64,000 bases of DNA, taken from the NCBI GenBank assembly GCA_965218975.1, contig OZ244717.1:1824001-1888000 (forward strand), read 5' to 3'. Both the position numbers and the translations under genes were made by a program. This DNA is from Candidatus Oxydemutatoraceae bacterium (GTDB lineage: Bacteria > Pseudomonadota > Gammaproteobacteria > Poriferisulfidales > Oxydemutatoraceae). Position 1 is the stretch's first letter. Every line of letters begins with the position of its first letter. Under the pieces are notes generated by a model that was not told the DNA's origin, did no database searches, and saw only the letters and a list, made by a program, of their open reading frames with translations. Shown one piece after another: positions 29,713 through 40,031 of this stretch.

Positions 29713-30153
29713 CTACGAATGTCGTTTTGCCTTACGCATCCAATAGGCTGCCGCCGCCGAATCTTTCTTAACCGACTTGCCTTCCTCATACATCAATGCC
29801 AGCGTCATTTGCGAGCCGACTAAATCTTGCTCGGCGGCGAGCGTAAACCAATGCGCCGCTTGTTCGCCGTCCGGCTCAACGCAATCGCCTTCAAGATACA
29901 TGAAACCAAGCCCATGCTGCGCCCACGGATGCCCTTGTTCGGCGGACTGGCGCATATACGCAAGCGCTTTGGCGGCGTTGACTGTCGTGCCGAGACCATT
30001 CTGATACATAATCGCGCAACGATACAATGCGTCCTTGTCACCCTTTTCCGCCAATGGCGTCAATAAACGCAGCGCCTGAGAAAAATGCTTGCTTTCAAAA
30101 GCGGAAATGCCGCTGGCAAGCGTCATCGCATTGTCGATTTCTCGAAGCGTCAT
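29713..30153 (-). CDS. Sel1/TPR repeat protein
   Basis: AEQGHPWAQHGLGFMYLEG, WFTLAAEQ, LALMYEEG. Confidence 0.88.
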   Translation of the reverse strand: MTLREIDNAMTLASGISAFESKHFSQALRLLTPLAEKGDKDALYRCAIMYQNGLGTTVNAAKALAYMRQSAEQGHPWAQHGLGFMYLEGDCVEPDGEQAAHWFTLAAEQDLVGSQMTLALMYEEGKSVKKDSAAAAYWMRKAKRHS

Positions 30154-31100
30154 ACCCGACCGAATTCCTCACCTTCTTTTTTAACGACGGCCATATCTTT
30201 GCCGCTTAATCCGAACATCAATAATGCCGCGCCGGCGATATAAATCGAAGAATAGGTGCCGATAATAACCCCCGCCATCATCGCAATCGTAAACGGCGCG
30301 ATTCCCTCGCCGCCAAAAACAAGCAATGCGACCAACACCATCAGGGTCGTCAACGAAGTAATCAACGTACGTGCCAATGTGCGATTAATCGATAAATTCA
30401 CGATCTTCTCCGGCAGCGCCTTTTTTTGTTTCAAGAAGTTCTCGCGGATTCTATCGTACACCACAATCGTGTCGTTCAACGAATAACCGATCACGGCAAG
30501 CATCGCCGCCAGCACACTTAAATCAAAATTGATCGCCGTTAATGAGAAGAATCCCAAAGTCAAGACGACATCGTGCACTAAGGCAATGACCGCGCCGAAA
30601 GCAAAGCGATATTCAAAACGAAACGCGACATACACCAGAATCCCGATCAGGGCGTATAATAAAGCTAGTCCTCCGTCTTCACGCAATTCTTCACCCACCT
30701 TCGGTCCGACAAATTCGACCCGCCGCAGCTGCACCGCCGGTTCGTCATGGCGCAATTCCCGCAACATAAAATCGCTTAGATCAGACTGTCGGCGCGTATC
30801 GTCCGGCGCCAAACGCACAACGACGTCTTTGCCGCTGCCGAAATGTTGCGCTTCAAATTCTTCAAATCCGGCAATACTCAAGCGATTGCGAATCTGCTCA
30901 AGTTCGACGGTTTCGGGATAACCGAGCTCAACAACAATACCGCCGGTAAAATCCACTCCGAAATTCAGTCCGCGCAAACTGATCAATGCAATTGAAATAA
31001 TAAACAACGTCAATGAAATTCCGGCGTAAAGCCGACGATACCGCATGAATTGAATTTTCGTGTCGCGAATAAAACGCATCGTTCCTTTCCTTTTGATCAA
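30150..31100 (-). CDS. secF: Protein translocase subunit SecF
   Basis: GLNFGVDFTGG, VEFVGPKVG.EL, GYSLNDTIVVYDRIREN, GTYSSI. Start may be ATG 31079. Confidence 0.96.
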   Translation of the reverse strand: MIKRKGTMRFIRDTKIQFMRYRRLYAGISLTLFIISIALISLRGLNFGVDFTGGIVVELGYPETVELEQIRNRLSIAGFEEFEAQHFGSGKDVVVRLAPDDTRRQSDLSDFMLRELRHDEPAVQLRRVEFVGPKVGEELREDGGLALLYALIGILVYVAFRFEYRFAFGAVIALVHDVVLTLGFFSLTAINFDLSVLAAMLAVIGYSLNDTIVVYDRIRENFLKQKKALPEKIVNLSINRTLARTLITSLTTLMVLVALLVFGGEGIAPFTIAMMAGVIIGTYSSIYIAGAALLMFGLSGKDMAVVKKEGEEFGRV

Positions 31101-32971
31101 ATCGCAAGCGCCGAGTCTTTTTTACGACCGTAAATCAAATTCACGACCGCGCGGGTGCCCATAATTGCGGTAAACATCGAGCTAATAATTCCGATCGATA
31201 ACGTAACAGCGAATCCTTTTATCGGACCGGTGCCAAAAACAAATAATACCAATGCGGCGATTAAAGTGGTTACGTTGGCATCGGCGATGGTTGAAAGCGC
31301 CCGCTGATAGCCCAACGCGATACTCGCACGATGCGTATTGCCGCTATCGACCTCTTCGCGGATCCGTTCAAAAATAAGCACATTGGCATCGACCGCCATA
31401 CCCACCGTCAATACAATTCCGACAATTCCCGGCAGGGTCAAAGTCGCTCCCGGGATCAAAGACATCGCCGCAACAATTAAAAAGATATTTAATACCAATG
31501 CAAGATCGGCGATCAACCCGAATAAGCGATAATAAATTCCGATGAAAACTACCACCAATAAAAAGCCGAGAACAATCGAACGTTGCCCTTGATCGATATT
31601 CGCTTGTCCCAGACTCGGGCCGATGGTGCGTTCTTCAATAATCTCCAGCGGCGCCGCCAAAGCGCCGGCACGCAATAACAATGCCAGCTTGCGCGCTTCG
31701 GTCGAACTGTCCAAACCGGTAATTTGAAAACGCTTGCTTAACCGCTCTTGAATGCGCGCGACACTGATGACTTCCTCAATCGTACGGCGCTTTTTTTGTA
31801 AGACACCCTCTGCGTCGCGAAACGTCTCAATCTTATTTTCAATAAATACCACAGCCATTAGATTTTTGACGTTCCGAGCAGTAACTCGAGAGAAAATCTG
31901 CGCCCCTTTGCCGTCAAGGGTAATAAAAACTGCCGGACTGCCGGTGTTGCCGTCAATCCCGGAAGCGGCGTCGATAATATATTCACCGGTCAACATTACA
32001 TCGCGCTTCAGTACGACCGGTTCACCCTCGCGGGTAAAATACAACTCGGTTTTATAAGGCGCGTGGCCGGTACGTCGGGCGCGCTCAGCATTCGCAGTCT
32101 CATCAACCAGCCGAAATTCAAGCGTCGCAGTCGCTCCGAGAATTTCCTTCGCTTGCGCGGTATCTTGTACGCCGGGCAGCTGCACAACGATCCGTTCGCG
32201 TCCGCGCCGCGTAACGACCGGTTCGGCAACGCCCAGCTCGTTCACACGTTTGCGCAATGTAATGATATTTTGCTGAACCGCAAAATCAAAAGTTTCTTTG
32301 ATTGTCCGCTCGGATAAAACCAACAATAAGCGATCCTGAATTGAAGTTTCCGGTTCAAATTCAAACACACCCGGCAAACGTTTTTGTATAAACCGTAGCG
32401 CCTGTTGTTTATGTTCCGGGTTGATAAATTCTATCGCCAGCATTTTATTTTCCACCTGACTATCGCGATAACGAATTTTTTCTTCGCGGAAGTAAGCCTT
32501 CAATTCGTCTTGGTAGCGATCCAACGCTTTTGCCAGTGCGGCGTCACTGTCAACGGACAGCAAAAAATATACCCCTCCGCGCAAATCCAAACCTAGATTC
32601 ATTGGTTGCGCGCCAAGCCGTTTCAGCCAAGCGGGAGTTTTTGACGCAAGGTTGAACGCGACCACGTAGCGATCGGACAAAGCTTGTTTCAACGCCTCAA
32701 CCGCACGCAACTGAGTCTGCGTATCTTGCAAATGAATCAATAAGCTGCCGGCAGAACTTGCTTCAACGGCAAGGTTTGCGGCATCCACCAAATTCGCTCG
32801 CGTCAGAATATCAATGATCTCCTTATGATCAGCCGAGGTCAGCGCATGTTTCTCGTGCGAGACTTGCACCGCGGGGACTTCGGGATAAACATTCGGTAAA
32901 GCGTAAATAATCGACGCAACAAGCACCGTGCCGATCAGCAGATATTTCCACCAAGGATAATGATTTTGCAT
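31097..32971 (-). CDS. secD: Protein translocase subunit SecD
   Basis: LGLDLRGGV, RVNELGVAEP, VQLPG, IGPSLG, GMAVDANVLIFERIREE. Confidence 0.97.
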   Translation of the reverse strand: MQNHYPWWKYLLIGTVLVASIIYALPNVYPEVPAVQVSHEKHALTSADHKEIIDILTRANLVDAANLAVEASSAGSLLIHLQDTQTQLRAVEALKQALSDRYVVAFNLASKTPAWLKRLGAQPMNLGLDLRGGVYFLLSVDSDAALAKALDRYQDELKAYFREEKIRYRDSQVENKMLAIEFINPEHKQQALRFIQKRLPGVFEFEPETSIQDRLLLVLSERTIKETFDFAVQQNIITLRKRVNELGVAEPVVTRRGRERIVVQLPGVQDTAQAKEILGATATLEFRLVDETANAERARRTGHAPYKTELYFTREGEPVVLKRDVMLTGEYIIDAASGIDGNTGSPAVFITLDGKGAQIFSRVTARNVKNLMAVVFIENKIETFRDAEGVLQKKRRTIEEVISVARIQERLSKRFQITGLDSSTEARKLALLLRAGALAAPLEIIEERTIGPSLGQANIDQGQRSIVLGFLLVVVFIGIYYRLFGLIADLALVLNIFLIVAAMSLIPGATLTLPGIVGIVLTVGMAVDANVLIFERIREEVDSGNTHRASIALGYQRALSTIADANVTTLIAALVLFVFGTGPIKGFAVTLSIGIISSMFTAIMGTRAVVNLIYGRKKDSALAI

Positions 32972-32994
32972 TTGGAAATTAGCGGCTGTCGCCC

Positions 32995-33348
32995 TTAACT
33001 GCTATTGCTTATCGTCCCCTTCGGAATCACCGACGAGATGGATTGTTTTTGCACTTTGACGATCACATCTTTGTGTATCTCAAGATCAATCAAAGACTCA
33101 TGAATTCGAGCAACCTTCCCGAGCAGCCCTCCGTTAGTAATGACCTCATCCCCTTTCGACAAGGATACAAGCAATGCTTTGTGTTCTTTGCTCCGTTTAC
33201 TCTGCGGGCGAATGACCAGAAAGTACATGATTAAAAAAAATATTCCAATCATCACAAGCAGTTCAATGCCCGGCCCCGACGACGACCCCGCGGCCGGCTG
33301 CTGCGCCCATGCGTCTGAAATCAATAAACCCATTGTGTTCCCAATCAA
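32995..33348 (-). CDS. yajC: Preprotein translocase subunit YajC
   Basis: MYFLVIRPQ, L.KGDEVITNGGL.G, PKGT; directly upstream of secD. Confidence 0.95.
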   Translation of the reverse strand: MIGNTMGLLISDAWAQQPAAGSSSGPGIELLVMIGIFFLIMYFLVIRPQSKRSKEHKALLVSLSKGDEVITNGGLLGKVARIHESLIDLEIHKDVIVKVQKQSISSVIPKGTISNSS

Positions 33349-33539
33349 TGCTTATAAAAGCTCTGCATTATCGCATATTTTCAATACGATAAGAAATTTT
33401 CGCACGGTGGACCATCCGGCGGAAAACATAGCGCCGGCAAGGGGGAATGACTGCTACAAAGAATAAGAATATTTTTCATTGGTTAGCAAATGCGCGGATA
33501 AAGTAAAACGCCCACAAAGAACACATCTGTCGGGGTTGG

Positions 33540-34475
33540 TCAATATTCAGCAAAGGCTACGACATTGGCTGACGTTACCTTTACCGCATCAACGCCCATC
33601 TTCTCTTGCTTAAAAAGCAATGAATAATTCTCCGTGTAACTAGCAGCGTACTTGGCATTTTTTTCATCTAGCATATCTACGACTTTCTGCGCATCTTTTT
33701 CACTAGAGCACTGTTTCGCCCATTTCGTATTGGCTATTCTTTCCGAAACGGAGTTTTGTATCGCGCGTTTTTCCGGCGACAAACGCTTGATTTTTTTTTT
33801 GAACTGAATACTGCATCTCATCAGAAGATCGGTATCTTCGTAACCGACCGCTTCCAAACGCTCGTTATAGCCGTTCAATTGTGAAAATTCGTACGCGCCC
33901 AGTCCGATTCTTCCATGCGAACCGTCAGGGTATATTCCGCTCCAACCATGGACGACAGAACTGAATATACACTCCTTGAGCAAAAAATCGACCTCTTTCG
34001 GAGTGATATAGTTGTCCGCATCAAGGTTAAACAAATACAATCCGCTCGCGTTGATGTGCGACGTGTTTTTTGCCGTCGACATGTGGAAGCTGCGCATTTT
34101 GTCGCTGATAAAGTATTTTAAATACCCGCTGTCAATCTCGCTCTTAAAGTTATTTCGTATCCATTCATCCGTTTCCTCGCCTTCGTAACCGATGATGAAA
34201 TTCACTAAAACAAATTCGATATCCGCCGCAAACTTTTTATTCTTTCCCAGATTTTCCGGCAAGGTTCGGACAATATGCGCATGCCGGTTCATAACAGGAA
34301 CGCAGAAGGATATTTTTTTCCGCTTAGTATTTGCTAAAAACAAATACCGATAAACAGAATACAAAATTATTTTGCTGCGCAGCATCCTGCGCAGTAGCGA
34401 AAGATATAAAAAGGATACGGTTTTCTTTATAGTAAATGATCTTAGGCGAATTAATAACTTCGTTATCACAGTCAC
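33540..34475 (-). CDS. GT-A fold glycosyltransferase (GT2 with GT7C-like C-terminus), single unit
   Basis: ISFCVPVMNR, AKNTSH, NLDADNY (DxD), F..LNGYNE...GYEDTDL. GTGA overlap with the upstream gene. Confidence 0.82.
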   Translation of the reverse strand: MTVITKLLIRLRSFTIKKTVSFLYLSLLRRMLRSKIILYSVYRYLFLANTKRKKISFCVPVMNRHAHIVRTLPENLGKNKKFAADIEFVLVNFIIGYEGEETDEWIRNNFKSEIDSGYLKYFISDKMRSFHMSTAKNTSHINASGLYLFNLDADNYITPKEVDFLLKECIFSSVVHGWSGIYPDGSHGRIGLGAYEFSQLNGYNERLEAVGYEDTDLLMRCSIQFKKKIKRLSPEKRAIQNSVSERIANTKWAKQCSSEKDAQKVVDMLDEKNAKYAASYTENYSLLFKQEKMGVDAVKVTSANVVAFAEY

Positions 34476-37400
34476 GTTTGTTCGTTACAAGCCGATATTG
34501 GCTGGTTTACCTTGACCGCATCAACGCCCATTGTCCCCTGCTTAAAAAGCAATAAATAACTCTTTGTGCAACTATAAGCGTACTTGAGATTTTTTTTATC
34601 TAGCATAGCTATGACTTTCTGCGCATCTTTTTCACTAGAGCACTGTTTCGCCCATTTCGTATTGGCTATTCTTTCCGGAACGGAGTTTTGTATCGCGCGT
34701 TTTTCCGGCGCCAAACGCTTGATTTTTTTTCTGAGTTGAATGCGGCACCTATTCAGAATATCGGCATCTTCGTAACCGATCGCTTCCAAGTGCTCGTTAT
34801 AGCCATTCAATTTTAGAAATTCATACACGCCCACTCCGATTCTTCCATGCGAACCGTCATCATGAACCCCGCTCCAACCATGGACGACAGAACCGAATAT
34901 ACATTCCTTGAGCAAAAAATCGACCTCTTTCGGAGTGATATAGTTGTCCGCATCAAGGTTAAACAAATACAATCCGCTCGCGTTGATGTGCGACGTGTTT
35001 TTTGCCGTCGACATGTGAAAGCTGCGCATTTTGTCGCTGACAAAGTATTTCAAATACCCGCTGTCAATCTCGCTCTTAAAGTTATTTCGTATCCATTCAT
35101 CCGTTTCCTCGCCTTCACGACCGATAATAAAATTCACTAGAACAAATTCGATATCCGCCGCAAACTTTTTATTCTTTTCCAGATTTTCCGACAAGGTCCG
35201 AACAATGTGTGCATGCCTGTTCATAACGGTGATGCAAAAGGATATTTTTTTTCGCTTGGTATGCGCTAAGAACAGAGCGCGATAAACGGAATACAAAATT
35301 ATTTTGCTGCGCAACATCTTTTGTAGCAGTGACAGATATAAAAAAGATACGCTTTTTATCACCATTGATCTTAGGAAAATTAATAACTTCGTTATTATGG
35401 TCCTGTTCGCTCGTTGCGAGTTGCTATCGTCTATCGTTACCTTTATCGCATCAACGCCCATCTTCTCTTGCTTAAAAAGCAATAAATAATTCTTCGTGCA
35501 ACTAGCAGTGTGCTTGATATTTTTTGCATTCAGCATATTTCTGACTTTCTGCGCATCTTTTTCACTAGAGCACTGTTTCGCCCATTTTGTATTGGCTAAT
35601 TTTTCCAAAGCAGAGTTTTGTATCGCTTGTTTTTCCGGTGTCATCCGCTTAATCCTTTTTTTGAGTTGAATACTGCACCTCTTCAGAAGGTCGATATCTT
35701 GGAAACTAAAAGCCTCCAGAGACTCGTTATAACCGTTTAATTTTAAAAATTCATACGCGCCCACTCCGATTCTTCCATACGAACCGTCATGATAAACCTC
35801 ACTCCAACCATGGACGACAGAACCGAATACGCACTCCTTGAGCAAAAAATCAACCTCTTTCGGAGTGATATAGTTGTCCGCATCAAGATTAAACAAATAC
35901 AATCCGCTCGCGTTGATGTGCGACGTGTTTTTTGCTATCGACGCGTGAAAGTTGCGCATTTTGTCGCTGACAAAGTATTTTAAATACCCGCTGTTAATCT
36001 CGCTCTTAAAGTTATTTCGTATCCATTCATCCGTTTCCTCGCCTTCACGACCGATAATAAAATTCACTAGAACAAATTCGATATCCGCCGCAAACTTTTT
36101 ATTCCTTTCCAGATTTTCCGGCAAGGTTCGGACAATATGCGCATGTCGATTCATAACAGAAATGCAGAAGGATATTTTTTTCCGCTTAGTATTTGCTAAA
36201 AACAAATACCGATAAACGGAATACAAAATTATTTTGCTGCGCAGCATCTTTTGTAGCAGTGACAGATATAAAAAAGATACGCTTTTTATCACCATTGATC
36301 TTAGGAAAATTAATAACTTCATTATCACAGTCCTGTTCGCTCGTTGCGAGTCGCTATCATCTATCGTTACCTTGACCGCATCAACGCCTATTTTCTTTTG
36401 CTTAAAAAGCAATGAATAATTCTCCGTGCAACTAGCAACGTACTTGATATTTTTTGCAATCAGCATACTTCTGACTTTCTGCGCATCTTTTTCACTAGAA
36501 CACTGTTTCGCCCATTTTGTATTGGCTAATTTTTCCAAAGCAGAGTTTTGTATCGCTTGTTTTTCCGGTGTCATCCGCTTAACCCTTTTTTTGAGTTGAA
36601 TACTGCACCTATTTCGAAGATTGGTATCTTCGTAACCGATCGCTTCCAAACGCTCGTTATAGCCATTCAATTTTAGAAATTCATACGCGCCCAGTCCGAT
36701 TCTTCCATGCGAACCGTCATCATGAACCCCGCTCCAACCATGGACGAGAGAACCGAATATACACTCCTTGAGCAAAAAATCGACCTCTTTCGGAGTGATA
36801 TAGTTGTCCGCATCAAGGTTAAACAAATACAATCCGCTCGCGTTGATGTGCGACGTGTTTTTTGCCGTCGACATGTGAAAGCTGCGCATTTTGTCGCTGA
36901 CAAAGTATTTCAAATACCCGCTGTCAATCTCGCTCTTAAAGTTATTTCGTATCCATTCATCCGTTTCCTCGCCTTCACGACCGATAATAAAATTCACTAG
37001 AACAAATTCGATATCCGCCGCAAACTTTTTATTCTTTTCTAAGTTTTCCGGCAAGGTCCGGACAATATACGCATGCCGATTCATAACAGAAATGCAGAAG
37101 GATATTTTTTTCCGCTTAGTATTTGCTAAAAACAAATACCGATAAACAGAATACAAAATTATTTTGCTGCGCAGCATCCTGCGCGATAGCGAAAGATATA
37201 AAAAGGATACAGTTTTCTTTATAGTAAATGATCTTAGGCGAATTAATAACTTCGTTATTATGGTTCTGTTCGCTCGTTGCGGGTCGCTATCGTCTATCGT
37301 TACCTTTATCGCATCAACGCCCATCTTCTCTTGCTTAAAAAGCAATAAATAATTCTTCGTGCAACTAGCAGTGTGCTTGATATTTTTTGCATTCAGCATA

Positions 37401-38190
37401 TTTCTGACTTTCTGCGCATCTTTTTCACTAGAGCACTGTTTCGCCCATTTTGTATTGGCTAATTTTTCCAAAGCAGAGTTTTGTATCGCTTGTTTTTCCG
37501 GTGTCATCCGCTTAATCCTTTTTTTGAGTTGAATACTGCACCTCTTCAGAAGGTCGATATCTTGGAAACTAAAAGCCTCCAGAGACTCGTTATAACCGTT
37601 TAATTTTAAAAATTCATACGCGCCCACTCCGATTCTTCCATACGAACCGTCATGATAAACCTCACTCCAACCATGGACGACAGAACCGAATACGCACTCC
37701 TTGAGCAAAAAATCAACCTCTTTCGGAGTGATATAGTTGTCCGCATCAAGATTAAACAAATACAATCCGCTCGCGTTGATGTGCGACGTGTTTTTTGCTA
37801 TCGACGCGTGAAAGTTGCGCATTTTGTCGCTGATAAAGTATTTTAAATACCCGCTGTCAATCTCGCTCTTAAAGTTATTTCGTATCCATTCATCCGTTTC
37901 CTCGCCTTCACGACCGATAATAAAATTCACTAGAACAAATTCGATATCCGCCGCAAACTTTTTATTCCTTTCCAGATTTTCCGGCAAGGTTCGGACAATA
38001 TGCGCATGTCGATTCATAACAGAAATGCAGAAGGATATTTTTTTCCGCTTAGTATTTGCTAAAAACAAATACCGATAAACGGAATACAAAATTATTTTGC
38101 TGCGCAGCATCTTTTGTAGCAGTGACAGATATAAAAAGGTTATGGTTTTTATCACCATTGATCTTGGGCGAATTGATAACTTCGTTATCG
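33560..38190 (-). repeat. Five tandem ~930-bp glycosyltransferase units
   Basis: Anchor GCATCAACGCC recurs at about 33586, 34518, 35448, 36378 and 37311. Confidence 0.95.
34472..38158 (-). CDS. Four-fold tandem-fused GT-A glycosyltransferase (4 x ~310 aa)
   Basis: The motifs of 33540..34475 are repeated four times in frame with a 930-933-bp period. Confidence 0.82.
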   Translation of the reverse strand: MVIKTITFLYLSLLQKMLRSKIILYSVYRYLFLANTKRKKISFCISVMNRHAHIVRTLPENLERNKKFAADIEFVLVNFIIGREGEETDEWIRNNFKSEIDSGYLKYFISDKMRNFHASIAKNTSHINASGLYLFNLDADNYITPKEVDFLLKECVFGSVVHGWSEVYHDGSYGRIGVGAYEFLKLNGYNESLEAFSFQDIDLLKRCSIQLKKRIKRMTPEKQAIQNSALEKLANTKWAKQCSSEKDAQKVRNMLNAKNIKHTASCTKNYLLLFKQEKMGVDAIKVTIDDSDPQRANRTIITKLLIRLRSFTIKKTVSFLYLSLSRRMLRSKIILYSVYRYLFLANTKRKKISFCISVMNRHAYIVRTLPENLEKNKKFAADIEFVLVNFIIGREGEETDEWIRNNFKSEIDSGYLKYFVSDKMRSFHMSTAKNTSHINASGLYLFNLDADNYITPKEVDFLLKECIFGSLVHGWSGVHDDGSHGRIGLGAYEFLKLNGYNERLEAIGYEDTNLRNRCSIQLKKRVKRMTPEKQAIQNSALEKLANTKWAKQCSSEKDAQKVRSMLIAKNIKYVASCTENYSLLFKQKKIGVDAVKVTIDDSDSQRANRTVIMKLLIFLRSMVIKSVSFLYLSLLQKMLRSKIILYSVYRYLFLANTKRKKISFCISVMNRHAHIVRTLPENLERNKKFAADIEFVLVNFIIGREGEETDEWIRNNFKSEINSGYLKYFVSDKMRNFHASIAKNTSHINASGLYLFNLDADNYITPKEVDFLLKECVFGSVVHGWSEVYHDGSYGRIGVGAYEFLKLNGYNESLEAFSFQDIDLLKRCSIQLKKRIKRMTPEKQAIQNSALEKLANTKWAKQCSSEKDAQKVRNMLNAKNIKHTASCTKNYLLLFKQEKMGVDAIKVTIDDSNSQRANRTIITKLLIFLRSMVIKSVSFLYLSLLQKMLRSKIILYSVYRALFLAHTKRKKISFCITVMNRHAHIVRTLSENLEKNKKFAADIEFVLVNFIIGREGEETDEWIRNNFKSEIDSGYLKYFVSDKMRSFHMSTAKNTSHINASGLYLFNLDADNYITPKEVDFLLKECIFGSVVHGWSGVHDDGSHGRIGVGVYEFLKLNGYNEHLEAIGYEDADILNRCRIQLRKKIKRLAPEKRAIQNSVPERIANTKWAKQCSSEKDAQKVIAMLDKKNLKYAYSCTKSYLLLFKQGTMGVDAVKVNQPISACNEQT

Positions 38191-38331
38191 CAGCCCGATA
38201 TGTTTGCTCGTTTCGGAGATACTCATAAAGAATTTTCTTGATCTTCGGAGATTATAGCGGACGGTTAACTTAGCGGTGAAATAAACGCTTTATTCGGATT
38301 ATACGCTTCAATCCGCACATTGTAGCAGCTT

Positions 38332-38422
38332 TGTACGATGCCACCCTAAATGGGATTTTTGAAGCGCTTCGGGAGAAGCGTTCGGCAGTAACATTCGGAT
38401 TGATGCTTTCTGTCCGTTGCCG
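38332..38422. repeat. 91-bp dispersed non-coding element, copy 2 (upstream of multi-GT gene)
   Basis: Matches 15328..15418 in the same orientation relative to a minus-strand gene. Confidence 0.9.
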
Positions 38423-38765
38423 GGTGAGACGCGCCGCTGAAAACCGATCGGTTTTCAGCGGCGAACGACCCGACAAGGACGTCGGGGCTGGCGCTCATTG
38501 ACAGAACCAAGTCTCGTCATGGATGACAGGCACTGCGCTAAACATCCGGCACAATCCGCTGACAATCTGCCGACGCCTCTTGCGCGGTGCTTTGGTGCGG
38601 TCATGCAAGGCGCTGAGCCCAGTGCGGCGATAGCGCCAGCGCCAGCGGTACAAAGTACTGCGACCGACCTTGAATGCGTTCGGGAGTTACAACCCTCCCA
38701 AAATGAGGGCATCGTGTTTCTATTGAAGATTAGAGCGCTCATGAGCCTCCATTCTTGAAGCTAAA

Positions 38766-40031
38766 TTGGCTCATATAGAAACCTTTGATGCGGTGGCCGA
38801 TGTGTTGATATTGCATATCGGTCACCTTTTTGAGTTAAGCCGTGAGTCTCATATGTATCTGGCACTATACAGGTGCTTGTACGATACCGAAACAAACTGC
38901 GGTTTATGTTACAATTCGCACGCCAATGCCACATGTTACTCGCCGTTGAATTCGCCTACTTTTCATTATTATTACCTCGCTGATTTTCCGCTTAAAAGGT
39001 TCCTGTTCATCTCGTCCTTATCCAAGCAAAACCACCGATATATCTATGATGATCGTAATCCGGATGTTATTTTCATTCCGGCTGATAGGAATAAACCTTT
39101 TATAAAAATCCTGAAAATGCGCTGGCGCTTCGGCTGGAAGCCGGTTCTAGTGTCCGTATGCGGCGAAGCTTACAAACCCTTTATTAATAGTGGTATGGAT
39201 TTCTCTTTTTCCTACTTTCCCAATCGCGGCAAAAATTGTTTATCCCCCTCATATTCTTTTCAATACTTGCTGGAAGGGAAACAGAACGGCAATATTCGAA
39301 AGTGGCTTAAAACTCCCAAGACACGCTTTTGTAATTTTGTCTATAGCAATACCACAAAGAAGGCTACCTATGTGCGAAGAAATTTTTGCCGGCTGCTGGC
39401 GAAAAATAAAAAAGTTGATTGCATCGGAAAATCCCTTTTCAACATGCCGGAATATAAGCCGGACTACAGCACGTGCGAAGCAACCTCGTCTTTTCTAAAA
39501 CCCCACAAACCCCACCTCGAAAAATTAAACTTTCTTGCGCACTATAAATTTACCATCGCTTTTGAAAACAAGTCGCAGGAAAATTATATTACAGAAAAGA
39601 TTTATCATGCTTTTATGGCGGGAAGCATTCCCATTTACTGGGGCAGCCCCAATATCGCAGAATATTTCAATCCGGCGGCATTTATCAATTGCCATCACTA
39701 TAGAACGTTTGACGACGTCGTCGCAAGAGTTAAGGAGATAGATAATAACCCTACACTATACAAAGAGCACCTTACCGCGCCGGTTCTTCTACCCGACTCG
39801 CGATTGCACACTATCATGCGTGACAATGTTCGTCATTATGATAGGATAATCAAAGAAATTTTGACCCGGCGGGGTAAGAGAGGATACCTGTTGTTGCATA
39901 AGTTACGCACGATTTTATTTGCTATCCGGCACTTTAGACAAACTGCTGCACATTTGCACATTCCCGCAAATAAGCTGATGAAATTATTTAGGCTAGCGCA
40001 AATTAAATTACGGAAAGCGGCCACTCGATAA
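38766..40031 (+). CDS. GT10 alpha-1,3-fucosyltransferase-like protein (true start probably downstream)
   Basis: KTRFCNFVYSN, and the GT10 signature YKFTIAFEN..QENYITEKI.HAF.AGSIPIYWG, FNPAAFINCH. Confidence 0.88.
   Translation: MAHIETFDAVADVLILHIGHLFELSRESHMYLALYRCLYDTETNCGLCYNSHANATCYSPLNSPTFHYYYLADFPLKRFLFISSLSKQNHRYIYDDRNPDVIFIPADRNKPFIKILKMRWRFGWKPVLVSVCGEAYKPFINSGMDFSFSYFPNRGKNCLSPSYSFQYLLEGKQNGNIRKWLKTPKTRFCNFVYSNTTKKATYVRRNFCRLLAKNKKVDCIGKSLFNMPEYKPDYSTCEATSSFLKPHKPHLEKLNFLAHYKFTIAFENKSQENYITEKIYHAFMAGSIPIYWGSPNIAEYFNPAAFINCHHYRTFDDVVARVKEIDNNPTLYKEHLTAPVLLPDSRLHTIMRDNVRHYDRIIKEILTRRGKRGYLLLHKLRTILFAIRHFRQTAAHLHIPANKLMKLFRLAQIKLRKAATR

Noticed and set aside
38198-38760. Short ORFs between the multi-GT gene and the fucosyltransferase
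   Set aside because: They overlap on both strands with no motifs or SD; the region is more likely a divergent promoter region.
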